From contig NC_047074.1 in the NCBI RefSeq assembly GCF_902459465.1, forward strand, positions 2,046,001 through 2,110,000: a stretch of DNA of 64,000 bases, in the 5' to 3' direction. Below are positions 46,401 to 57,868 of the stretch, piece after piece (positions within the stretch are counted from its first letter, which is position 1; every line of letters starts with the position of its first letter). This DNA comes from Asterias rubens. Lineage: Eukaryota. Made by a program: the position numbers and the translations under genes. The notes under the pieces are model-generated. The model ran no database searches and had not been told where the DNA came from. It worked only from the letters and a program-made list of their open reading frames with translations.

Positions 46401-49241
46401 AATATTATTTCATGAAATGCTTTACTTTTTTGAGAAAACATTAAAAAAATATCAATTCTCGATATCGAGAATTATGGATTTATTTTAAACACATGTCATG
46501 ACACGGCGAGACGTGCGGAACAAGGGTGGGTTTTCACGCTATTTTCTCCCGACTCCGATGACCGATTGAGCCTAAATTTTCTCAGGTTTGTTATTTTATA
46601 TATAAGTTGTGATACACAAAGTGTTGTCTTCTTGGACAATACTGTTTACCGAAAGTGTCCAATGGCTTTAAAGTTAACCATGAAATATAGACCTTTCCCA
46701 GTGTCACAACCCGAGGTGTTGCAAACCGAGTTTGGAAAACTTTAGAAAGCCATAAAAATGCAAATCAAAAACAGATTTTTCGAGAAAAAAAATTGATTTC
46801 GTTGGAAATATAAGATAAATTTCAGGTCATGAATCTTGTTAAACCCCATTGACTTTAGTCACAATTATGATGTTTAACACGATTGATTGATTGATTGTTT
46901 GCTAACAATCGGCCGGTGTCGCATGCAATTATGTCCTCCATGCAATAATGGACACATTTGCATATGCAATCGTGTCCGCCCGGACGCTGCTGCATAATGC
47001 AATTGTGTCCGCCGGACACATTTGCATATGTAGTTGTGTCCGCTCCCGTGCAAATCTGTCCTTGTAGTAAATTAAAGGCCCTTGGTCGACGGAACACGTT
47101 CGCCATTTTTTTTACAAGCTAAGTGCATGTCATGAATGACATGGGAAATGTTCGGCCGTTGGGTATCATAAAATACGTGATGTTGTTAAGTGCATGCACG
47201 CCCGCTTTTACGCGCGCACATAATTACATGTAAAGTCATGTAGGCCTACATGTCCACCGGACGGTTTTTGCATAGCCCAGACACGATTGCATATGCAAAA
47301 GTGTCCGGAGCGGACAGTATTGCATGGTGGACACAATTCCATCTGACACCGGCTATGCCAATCAGGGCACTCTGTTTATCAACAATGAAAAGGTCTACAT
47401 AAAAAACAAACTCGTATTAACCGGAACCTCATAATATGCGAGCTCGTAATAACGGGAGTCGATTGTATCATGCTGACTGCTGCATGCTGTCATTGTTTAG
47501 TACCTAAGTCCCATGTGCGTACATGTATATAGTTTTGACTACTACTGATATAGACTCGGTATATTGAAGGGGCCAGACTACCTTGCCTTTCAGACCCAAT
47601 GTAGTTAGTACACTTGATTGTGGATAGGAAAACAGGATGTTGTGAGAGGAGCGTGCGTTTTTTCCCATTAATTTCTTGCAATTTCGATGACCAATTGAGT
47701 CCAAACTTTCACAGATTTGTCATGTTATGTGTATGTTTGGATTCACCGATGGGGAATACTGGTCTTTGACAATGGGAGACTTTCTGGGACGACAGAGGGC
47801 AGCAGACTTACCGGGTAAATCCATTGTTCTCAGAATTATGCGCATGTTCAGAACTACGTAAACAATGGAAATTTACCCGGTATGTCTGCTGCCACCTAGC
47901 GTTGGAAAGTCTCCTATTACAAAAGGTGTCCATCAAGTGCCTTTAAGTTTGGTATAGTCAACGGTCCATATTTCTTCGGCATTTAATACGCTTTTTTTCT
48001 TGGTTGACATCTTTACTACAGATTTACCCATGACGACATCTGGAGGTAAGTGCTTCATATAGTTCTTGAACTCGACGATTTTGTGTAAACTCTTTTTGTT
48101 TCATTTGGTTGCTCGCTTGCAATGCTCATTTTTTTCTTTTCTTGTTAAATTGTTCTTATTATTGTTTTTATTATTATAACATCTTTATATACCGTCACTT
48201 TCTTACTTGCATGTTGTACATAATGTACAGACTTACTTCTGACCTACTTTACTTATTACTTAGGCCGTGTCCGAAACGACGACTTCGGCTACAGCTACGT
48301 CTAGATCAGCGCGTCTACCAGTGTTGAAGAATAGGCAGACGCGGGCGATCTAGCCGTAGCTGGAGCCGAAGTCGCCGTTTCGGACACGGCCTTACTGATA
48401 AACTTGTGACTTACCATGGAGGTAGAGTAGACTTGCTTACCTACATACGCATGCTCATAGGTGCGTGCTCACTGAAAACATAACCCCACTTACATGTATT
48501 CACTTCTGACGTACTTACTTAATATTCATCTATAAGAATGCTTGCGTGCTTGCTTATTTAGAGGGAAGGTACACCTTTTGGAAATTACTCAAAACAAATA
48601 TTAACTTAAAAACTTACTTGGTAACGAGCATTGGAGAGACGTTGATAGTATAAAACATTGTGGGAAACGACTACCTCTGAAGTAACGTAGTTTTTGAGAA
48701 AGAGGTAATTTCTCACTAAAATAATAAAATACTTCTAGCTAGAAGTCTTTTATTCTTATCTGAAAGCACACAAATTCGTTCAACAAGGGTGTTTTTTCTT
48801 TCATCATTATCTCTCAACTTCGATGACCAAATGAGCCCAAATTTTCACGGGCTTGTTATTTTATGGTTATGATGGGATACACCAAGTGAGAAGACTGGTC
48901 TTTGACAATTACCAAAGGTGTACATTCCCTTTAAGTGTAACCTGACGCGTCTTTACGTACCTGTCTTGCTCACTCACTACACATATAGTATTGACTCGCT
49001 TGCTTGCTTACTTACTTATTTGCTTGCTTGCTCTACTCAGCCGAGAAGGATGTTGTAGCTTCCCGCATTCATTAGTTTCCCATCATTCTTATAAAGCGCA
49101 TAATGCGCATATCAATTTAGTTGACAATATTCTTTGAAATTTGGTATTTTTTTCTATTTGTTTGCAGTGACCGCTGTTAAAGCATCTGCTCTGCTGGCTG
49201 TATTCGTCTCAATGGGAGCTTATCTCACATCAACAATCTAG
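43417..49241 (+). CDS. Single Reeler-domain protein (defense protein / FRRS1-reeler-like), signal peptide and probable GPI signal; 6 coding exons, 206 aa
   Basis: Exons 43417-43606, 44053-44204, 45022-45113, 46176-46264, 48022-48045, 49168-49241 (621 nt). MATLSALFLLSTVVGVLG/FPNGPP..C..MIP.GHG; FKGFFLQAR; IGTF; DC..SAWGHSNN..K..ITANWNAP; hydrophobic tail ALLAVFVSMGAYLTSTI*. Confidence 0.9.
44231..44440 (+). mobile_element. Kolobok-like MITE family A, 3'-truncated
   Basis: TTAA|AGGCAGTGGACACTATTGG then the family A body. Confidence 0.75.
45800..46139. mobile_element. Family A head-to-head (two left halves) derivative
   Basis: Left half GTGGACACTATTG..CACGAATTTGATTTCGA followed by the reverse complement of a left half ending GTGTCCAGTGTCT|TTAA. 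Confidence 0.7.
46307..46668 (+). mobile_element. Kolobok-like MITE family C
   Basis: TTAA|AGCCATTGGACACTTTCGGT...ACCGAAAGTGTCCAATGGCT|TTAA, perfect 20-bp TIR. Confidence 0.85.
46913..47352 (+). mobile_element. CCGGTGTC-terminated MITE (copy 1 of 3), superfamily unassigned
   Basis: TIR CCGGTGTC(G/A)(C/G)ATG...; internal GTGTCCGCCCGGAC/TGCATATGCA subrepeats; copies at 52135-52632 and 59342-59816 (inverted). Confidence 0.8.
47774..47915. mobile_element. ISL2EU-like palindromic MITE (AT target duplication) nested in a family A element
   Basis: AT|GGGAGACTTTC...GAAAGTCTCCT|AT; removing it restores the family A sequence TTGACAATTACAAAAGGTG. Confidence 0.65.
48263..48391. mobile_element. PIF/Harbinger (Tourist-like) 129-bp hairpin MITE
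   Basis: TTA|GGCCGTGTCCGAAACG...CGTTTCGGACACGGCC|TTA; 3-bp TTA duplication. Confidence 0.8.
48562..48930 (+). mobile_element. Kolobok-like MITE, family A subfamily with AGGGAA termini
   Basis: AGGGAAGGTACACC...GGTGTACATTCCCT|TTAA with the family A body. Confidence 0.75.
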
Positions 49242-50041
49242 CAAGGTGTTAACAACGCGCGGCTAAAACATATTGGGTGCAAGGTTTTTTGTCTTCTTCA
49301 AAATGATAACTTCAAAATGTTGCAGCTATAACTCCAGAAATTACAGTTTCAAATGACCGTTAGAGCAAAATAATAGTCGATATGGTGTACGTTATGTTTA
49401 TTACCGTCTAGAAGTTTTTCTTGTTGTCACCCGTGTTCTCATCTCCTGGTCTGTTTGTAACAGGGCTATATACAACGGTTCTTTTCAGAACCACCCAAAC
49501 CCATTAAGAGTCATTATATACATGGTTGTACCGCAACCAAATCGTATTTCCACCATGCAAAGTTTCAAATCCTACTTATGTATGATTTCGCTTTTCCCCT
49601 TTCACACGTTTATACACAAATTTGTTTGATCTAAAGAGGATGTGCTTCTAATAGCAACACATTACTCCACTTATGCTGAGATTTGATCGTTATTTCCGGA
49701 AATGTATCAAACAAATACGTTTCAGCGAATTCATGGAATAGTTGTAGTTCACATTATTTAGTTCACTTTGGAAGCACTGGACACTTTTGGTAATCTCAAA
49801 GAAATTGTTGGCATAAAAACTTACTTTTCACGAGCAAAGGGGAGCTGTTGATAGTATAAAACATTGGGAGAAACGGCTCCCCCTGAAGTAACGTAGATTT
49901 TGAGAAAGGAGTAACTTCTCACTATAAACTAATATTTGAATTGACTTCGAGACCTCGAAATTAAGCATCTGAAAGCACACAACTGCGTGTGACAAGGGTG
50001 TTTTTTCCTTCCATTATCCTCTCGCAACTTCGACGACCAAT

Positions 50042-50707
50042 GGGAAACTTTAGACTATCTGCCAATCACCAAGAGAGGGCGCTCCTCACCAGGTAATGTC
50101 AACAACTTAGGAATAGGAGAAGCATGAGTAACGGTCACTGACAGCAAATACCTTGTGTTTTGCGTGTTTTTGATTTAGCCAAACTGTATTTTGTTTTTCA
50201 TAACACAATGCCAGCATAAACCAAACTGTTCTGGAACAGGACGTACTGGACACGAGTTCCCTCAAGGATAACAAGCGGTGTGCATGAGTTTTTGGGAGTG
50301 TTTCTTCTAGGGTAATTAGCAAAAATTCAAAAATGCTGACCTACCAAAAATTGAGAAAAAAATCTGAAGTTTAGTTGTATGACAATGTATCTGATTTATT
50401 TTTCAGAACTGAGAAGTCTCCCGAACCTCCGATTATCTACTCCACGGCAGTAGAATAAAGCAAGACAGTTCCCTAAGAACAATATTCTACCTTGCAAATA
50501 GATACACACATGGTGTTACCGCAAACCAAATATACAATGCCTCAAATCCTATGTATCTGATTTAATTTTCAAGAGGTTGAGAGACTTCTAAATATTTTTT
50601 GAGTATTTTTGAATTTTTGCCATATACCATTGTCTGCTATAGGAGTTGTGCACCCTTACCTGGTAGGTCTGCTGCCCTCTAGTGGCAGAGCTTTCAAAAA
50701 GTCTCCC
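50042..50707. mobile_element. Larger ISL2EU-like element (AT duplication) nested in a family A element (host about 49772-50806)
   Basis: CCA-AT|GGGAAACTTT...AAAGTCTCCC|AT-TGAG; excision restores the family A sequence GACCAATTGAGTTCAAATTTTCACAGG. Confidence 0.65.
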
Positions 50708-52134
50708 ATTGAGTTCAAATTTTCACAGGTTTGTTATTTTATGCATGCTGGGATCCACCAAGCAAGAAGACTGCTCTTTGACAATTACCAAAGGTGCCCA
50801 GTGTCTTTAATTCTGAAAATAAAAATACACCAAACACCCCTACACCTAAACAAACAATAAGCCTTTCGCCACTAAGAAAACAAAAACTTGCATTTTTATG
50901 TGTAGAAGTTGTTATAACTTTTTACGGGTTGTGTGCTATTGACTTTTGTCATTTTATCTTGCTTTGTTTTTGTACAGCGCTCTGAGGCAATTTTGCGGCA
51001 ATATTTTGTATGCGCTTTATAAGTTACTGTACTATTATGATGTTATTTCTATTCTCATTTATATTAAGAAAACACGACAAGAATATTCATGTGTGCTGGA
51101 AGCTGAATCAAACATTGACGATTCGGTTCATGATCAGCATATGATGATCAATGTCTTGGTATGACTGTTTTATAGTATTTTATTTATTTGATTAATTACT
51201 GATTCGATAACCGCCATATGCAGGTATCATTTAGAAAAAAGAGCAGCTATTAAAAACTATGTATACATATATATGATTTATAAGTTGCAAATTATTAATA
51301 CAAATTAATTTATAAAATTGTATTTTGTCATGCTTGCAATTTATTTTGTTGTTATAACCAATAGTGTCCGTGGCTTTTTAAACAGTCGACGACGTGTAGC
51401 GTGAAAATAGAGTTAACAAGCGGCAATTGGATATTTAAAATTATGACAAAATAATTGACAATTAAGGTCTTATCAACACAGACATCTACACCCCGCCCCT
51501 ACCCCTCCGTATCTGTGCTAGTTTATTATTCAATTACTGAAAGATATAAGGCCACAGGATAATAGGGCACGTAATTTGCCACCATGTTGCAGCGCAGGAG
51601 GACAGTGAGATGCTCTTATAATTTTGATTAAAGCTGTCAGAAATTGCACAGATATTAAGGTATACCATTATCGATCTTGACTTTATTGTTATACTTCTTG
51701 TATAGTAAAGAGATTTCGCAGTACAGTCTTTTCGAGGTTACGTTACAGAAAAACACCCTCTTCGAATGCAAGGCTTTTGGCTCAAGATCGGATTTGGCTC
51801 AGGCTAGCTTGGCCCCTTGGTTGACAAAGATCTTTGGTACAGACTTCTCCTGATAGCGCCCGGCTCTTTTGAAACAACCTCCTTCAGCCCGTGAGCAAGT
51901 TCGGGTATCGACTAGACTTGACTATAGACCTAGAAACCACAGAGCACATGGGAGACTGACTATATCGAACCATGCACTGATGGAGCATGATCGATATGGT
52001 CAATTCGGGAGCACGTCACAGTTTTTGGTCAGGTCTAGTCGCTTAAATCCAAACTTGCTCCATGTTCATGTTGGTATCCCACGTGAGGGACCGAATCTCC
52101 GGGGTCAGATTGAACCCGAATACAGAAATGGCGG

Positions 52135-52632
52135 CCGGTTTCGCATGCAATTATGTCTTCTATGCAAAACTTATCCGGAGGACATTATTGCATGTGCAAT
52201 AATGTCCGCCGGACGGTTTTGCATATGCAATCGTGTCCGCCCGGACGCTGCTGCATAATGTAATTGTGTCCGCCCGGACACATTTGCATATGCAGTTAAG
52301 TCCGCCCTGTGCAAAACCGTCCTTGCAGTAAATTAAACAACGCCCTTGGTCGACAGAACGCATTCGCCATTTCTTTTACAAGCAAAGTGTATGTCATGAA
52401 TGACATGGGAAAGGTTTGGCTGTTTGGGTAATCGCTTTAATTATATTCATGCTGCATTGTACGTAGGTTCAGTGCATGCACGCTCGCTTGCGCGCGTGCA
52501 CATACATGTACAGTCATCATGTACATGTCCGCCGGACGGTTTTTGCATAGCCCCGGACACGATTGCATAATTATGCAAAAGTGTCCGGAGCGGACAGTTT
52601 TGCATGGCGGACACAATTGCATCTAACACTGG
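52135..52632 (+). mobile_element. CCGGTGTC-terminated MITE (copy 2)
   Basis: Colinear with 46913-47352. Confidence 0.8.
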
Positions 52633-53128
52633 GACTTACAAGCCCGCTGATGGATGGGTTTTGAGAAGAAACAAAGTGGTGCTCGATAATAATGGGTGCG
52701 TCCGATCGATTAGCTTCCCCGGGTTTTCAGTTTGTGTATATTATGGTGGATGGACTGCATAAAGTGCGTACACTGCCAGCACCTTTTTAAGCAAACACCA
52801 ATTTTGTATTGCTTCTTTAATAAAGCTTTCAGTATAGTATTGCTGACTAACCTTGGTTTGGCCGGCGCTTGCCTTTACAATTTAAGGAACAATGGTTTTC
52901 AATGATAACAAGCTCCAACCCCTCATGGTGCTATAAAAGAAACAACTTAATTAAATGGTGCCGCGGTTGCCAGAGAAACATCAACATCAATACAGAGTCT
53001 ACTTTGGGGTTTATGAAAAAAAAAGTAATGAAAATAAATAGTGTTTTCATATGCAATACACTCGGTCATGGCAGCAGAAAATATTAAAAGGCTACCAGCC
53101 ATTTTTGAAATTGTGCTTCTTTTTTTAA

Positions 53129-53493
53129 CCATTTAGCCACTGGACCGCCCAGCCACCTAAAGCGATACACTGTATTATGCGGTAGGAGGAAACCTCGCTA
53201 TAGCTTTTGTTTGTAGAAAATAAGAAACATCAAAATAAAACTAGGTAGTCAAGCTATTGTATCCATTTTATCATTATACAAAAATAATCGCCATAAATAT
53301 TACCGTAGGGTTTTTTATTGTTCCCAATGAGGACTTGTACAAATATTACCGAAAGGGTCAAACATTGTGCGTTTAATTATAAATAATAAGCCTTGGCTAC
53401 CTTGAACTACGATTTCAGTAAAGTTACTGCAAGAATCTTGAAAAGAAAAAGAAAATTATTTCGGCAAACTCGGGCGGTGCAGGGATTAGAGGG
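53129..53493. mobile_element. piggyBac-like non-autonomous element (copy 2, internally deleted)
   Basis: TTAA|CCATTTAGCCACTGGACCGCC...GGCGGTGCAGGGATTAGAGGG|TTAA. Confidence 0.7.
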
Positions 53494-53633
53494 TTAAGGG
53501 ATTTAGTGCCTTGGATCGGGCGAGTTGGACTACAAAAAGCGGTTGAAACCACTCATGTGGTAAAACGCATTCGGTTAGAAAGACATTTTACTCAAATCTC
53601 GGATCAAAACATTCCTTTTCAAGAAAGCATTAA

Positions 53634-53917
53634 AGGAACCTTACAGAATTGGTATGAAAAAAAATCGTGAAGATCACAGATTTACATAAAACTTACACGG
53701 TATAATGATGATGATGGTTGAAAACATCCCTTAAAACATTTCTACCTGAAATGTCATATTTGATGAGAAATAAACAATATAACTTCGCGTTTGGAGTTTA
53801 TCGCTATCGAAAATTTCTACAGGTTTGTCAGATAATGTTTATGGTGGATCACATCAAGTGTACGTTTACACTGCCAGCAACTGTCTTGTAAGCAAAAACC
53901 AATTCTGTAATGTTCCT
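53634..53917 (+). mobile_element. Kolobok-like MITE family B
   Basis: TTAA|AGGAACCTTACAGAATTGGT...ACCAATTCTGTAATGTTCCT|TTAA; second copy at about 59020-59855. Confidence 0.8.
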
Positions 53918-54921
53918 TTAAGTGATGAGTGGTGTAATACCATCTGTTTTAGTGTTTTATTGTATTTATTGTAATTATGTAAATACCTGTCTACTGTTTA
54001 GTACATGTCAACATTATTCTTATATGTAATTTGTAGTGCATTATTAATGTAATGTGCCCTCGAACAGGCTGGTCCTAGAGAGAGCGCATCAAAATAATTA
54101 ATTGATTATTTTAAAATTATTAAAAGTAGAATAATAGTGACCCACACAAATATGGCTCTAAATTGTGTGATTTTCGTTTTACTTTGCAATTCACACGGTC
54201 GGCCATTTTGTGGAGTCGAAATTTTGACTCCACATTGTTTTACCAAAACTATGCAAATTAAAAACAACATCTATTTATTTGCGCTTGTTGATGTTTTTGT
54301 TGTCTTATTGCATCATATATGTAAATTATTCTGGAAAGTTTCGTGAAAATTGCCACCGTTAATTCATTATACAAAATTGTCAGCCCATTTTGCCAGCTCA
54401 AACTTTCGTACCCAAAAAAATATGCTGATACTTTAGTACGACGGGTTGGGCAGTCTTGCCTTGACAATGATGACCATACTCTATGATAACAAGCTCCAAC
54501 CCCTTTATAGAGCTGTAAGCAAGGCCAACTTAATTCAAATGATGCCGCGGTTGCCAGAGAAACATCAACATCAACACGGCCTGTTTTGGGGGTTTCAAGT
54601 AATGAGAATAATTACCGGCATCGCATGTTAAGCAAAGGAAAATCTGTATTGTATTATAGAGGTTTTTTCCGCGTATCCTTCTTTTGCAACAAGTAATAAG
54701 TCATACATAACTGGTAATCGCAGTGTGCACTGAATCATGCTGGTACCCGCTACCAATGACAAGATGATGAGTATTGCGTCGGGGACTTGCAGAGTGTGAG
54801 TGGCGCTGCTTGCAAATGCCCACCATAACTTGAAGTTCTTGATCAAGAAGAAGCACTGTAAGACATTTTGACCCTTCGATTGTTCTTATACACCTCTCAT
54901 AAGCTTTCCTAAGACCAAATT

Positions 54922-56729
54922 ATGAACACTTTATTCGTGTCGGCGCTTGAGTTATATGTGTTGTTGACACTCTGTTCGTTTATGTGTTGCATCGGGGCTG
55001 AGCAATGCGGAGTCATGGTAACCGTTTCAAGTCAAGATAACTATTTAGCGAGTTTAAACAACATGATGGCGAATTTTAAAGCAAAATGTCGCAAGAAGTC
55101 AGTGGTGCCAACCGTCACAGTACCAGCGAGCTCGACGACTGAAACCAGTATGACGAGTGAGAAAGATGAGACTTCAACCAACCCAGCCACTACAAGTGTG
55201 ACGACGACCCAGCTCATGACAGACACACGTAAGACATTTCAATTTTCAATAACAGTTCCTCCCTATTGGTTTGCTTATATCCATTTCAGTATTACTATTT
55301 TTTCTTTTCGGTCCTTTCTGATTGTCACGCCATGGCGCGCCAGTTGGATCCCTTTTGTTAAAAAGTCATCCTTTCCAAATAGTTATCATCATTGACGAAA
55401 AATATTGTATTGTCTTTTCCATGGAATTCCTTGCCCCATACACAACCCGACCCCCCCCCCCCCACCCCCACCCCCACCTTCCCCTCCCCTCGCCTCCCAC
55501 ACTCGCTAACATATCTTTTAATGGGTTCCCGGTTTGGCACATTGGTGTTATTTCGATCGCAGCAATAAAAATAACTTGGTTTTATTTCTTTGTTGTTATT
55601 TTGTTTATTTCAGCAAGTCCTGGCTGGCCGATAGGGACGTACGGTTTACCTGAGACCAACACGGGCTGCCCGACTCGTGGCGAGGGATTCACCTGGCAAA
55701 CTGGTTATCGCTATCATCACACCGACGATGTAGGTACAAATGAATGGTCACCCATTCTACATTTCCAGCAGGGTTCGTATGGTGTCAGCTACATGAAGCA
55801 GCAATTCTGCATGAAGACAGAAATCACCGGGACCTACGACTGGCCAGCTGGTAGCTACTGCGTATTCAAATACGGAGGAGACGACTGCCCGGGTGGTAAG
55901 TAAATATTAGCTTCTCGATAGATTCAAGAACTTATCGAGTAAGCACAAAATTTCTTTAAGAATTTACCCTTTCTCTTATCATACTCCTTTTAATCTTTTT
56001 CTTTTCTCTTTCCCGGATCTCTGTGTTAGTTTTGACCTGGAATATTTTCCATTGAAACAAAAAAACTACTGTTGACATCAGATGGTAGGCCTACTCTTGT
56101 ATAACACACCGCGGACAGGTCACTCAATTCAAATTACACATAATTTTACGTGGCTAAAAATAATAATTTCATTCTTCGTGCAGTTCACGAAAGCTCATTA
56201 TAACTCTTTAAAGCTATTAAAAAAGTTAAATCAACATTTGGGGAAGAAAGCCGGCAAAAGTTTACTCTTGCATCTTTAATGATGACCAAAATAATTAATG
56301 AAAGGTTTCCATCTGCTTGCACACTGACATAATATAATAATCTTTTTGACTGCTAACAATAGGCATTGTTGCATTACAGTTATGTTGTCTGGTTCGATTT
56401 CTTGGGATGATGAGGACTCTAACAACGGCAATTACAAGAACGGCACCGTACCAGAGGGAGTGTACGGCCAGGATACCCTCATCTACTACTGCTGCATGAC
56501 CGATGGTGACGTATCCCAGCCGATCAGCTTGCCTACTCAGAATCCTTTCTACCTGTTCCCGTATAACTCGGAGCAGTGTCAGACCGTCCAAGGCATGACT
56601 GCGACTCAGGAATACTTCGTATGGGATCAAGAAAGCCGGGAGGGTTTTGCCTCACAAGACCGGCACCCTTATAAAATTATGGACGGCGGTAGGCTTAAAA
56701 TCAGCTACTGCTACTACACTGGAAAATAG
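54922..56729 (+). CDS. Apextrin-like secreted protein (signal peptide, Thr-rich stalk, ApeC domain); 3 exons, 312 aa
   Basis: Exons 54922-55228, 55614-55895, 56380-56729 (939 nt, phases 1/1). ApeC motifs WPIGTYGLP..GCP, W.TG.RY..TDD..NEWS, FCMK..WPAGSYC.FK..CP, ISWDDED..N.N..G.VPEG.Y...T.IYYCC..DG, I.LP...PFYL, CQ.V.GM...EYF.WD, YCYY. Confidence 0.9.
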
Positions 56730-56760
56730 AAACGTTCCGGCTATATGGACCCGTTGCATA

Positions 56761-57689
56761 TGACCAATAATTCGATAAACACTGTTTATCACCGATAAAC
56801 ACTGTTTTTCGACCCGAAACTTGATAAACAAGGTTTTTTGATAAACCTAGTTTTTCGATAAACACAGTTATTCGTCAACGCCAAATGCTCATTAATTCGA
56901 TAAACTCTGTTTATCACTTGATGAAGAGTTTTTCGATAAACTATGTTAATCACTCGATAAACACAGTTTCGGCGATAAACATAGTTTTTCGATAAACAGT
57001 GTTTATCAGTTGATAAATAGAGTTTTTCGATAAACAGTGTTTATCAACTGATAAACACTGTTTATCGAATTATTGGGCATCTGGCGTAAGCGTGAAACTG
57101 TTTTTATCGACCGATAATCACTGTTTTTCGATAAACCGTGTTTATCACTTGATTATCAGTTGATAAACACTGTTTATCGAATTATTGGGCATCTGGCGTC
57201 GGCGTAAAACTGTGTTTATCAGTCGATAAGCATAGTTTTTCGATAAACAGTGTTTATCAGTCGATAAACATAGTTTTTTGATAAACAGTGTTTATCACTT
57301 AATAAACACTGTTTATCGAATTATTGGGCATCTGGCGTCGGCGTAGAACTGTGTTTAACAGTTGATAAACACAGTTTTTCTCGATAAACAGTGTTTATCA
57401 ACCGATAAACACAGACTGTTAATCGAATTATTGGGCAGGCGTCGGCGAACACTGTTTTTCGACCGATAAACACTGTTTTTCGATAAACCATGTTTATCAG
57501 TTGATAAACAGTGTTTATCGAAAAACTCTGTTTATCACCTCTAAAAACTCAGTTTATCGCTCGATAATCATAGTTTTTTGATAAACAGTGTTTATCAATT
57601 GATAAACAATGTTTTTCTCAAAAACAGTGTTTATCGGTCGAAAAACAGTGTTTATCGGTGATAAACAGTGTTTATCGAATTATTGGGCA
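56761..57689. repeat. Foldback-like element / MITE-derived satellite of GATAAACA(C/G)TGTTTATC palindromes
   Basis: About 55-bp near-perfect terminal inverted repeats, TA on both flanks, and five copies of the right-end motif GAATTATTGGGCA. Confidence 0.85.
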
Positions 57690-57719
57690 TATGGCTTGCC
57701 ATAGACGTCACCGTAGCCC

Positions 57720-57868
57720 CAGTTTGATGTCAATGAAGAGCTTTCATTGGCTGAGAGTGGTGCGCAGCGCGTACACGTTTCCATTGTTTGATATCAAAGA
57801 TGGCGGTCAATACAAGGGATCTACAGATTGTGAAGTCTCGCGCGTGTTCAAACATTTGGACCAAATGA
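57720..57868 (+). promoter_or_regulatory. Promoter-like island and candidate first exon of an unidentified transcript
   Basis: CCAAT (ATTGG), CpG-rich, YY1-type AAGATGGCGG, donor GAG|GTGAGC. Confidence 0.4.

Noticed and set aside
51869-52258. 129-aa ORF
   Set aside because: No recognisable domain or splice context, and its 3' part is the CCGGTGTC MITE
56761-57689. CRISPR-like array
   Set aside because: No unique spacers, irregular unit length, eukaryotic context and no cas genes; it is a palindromic satellite/foldback element
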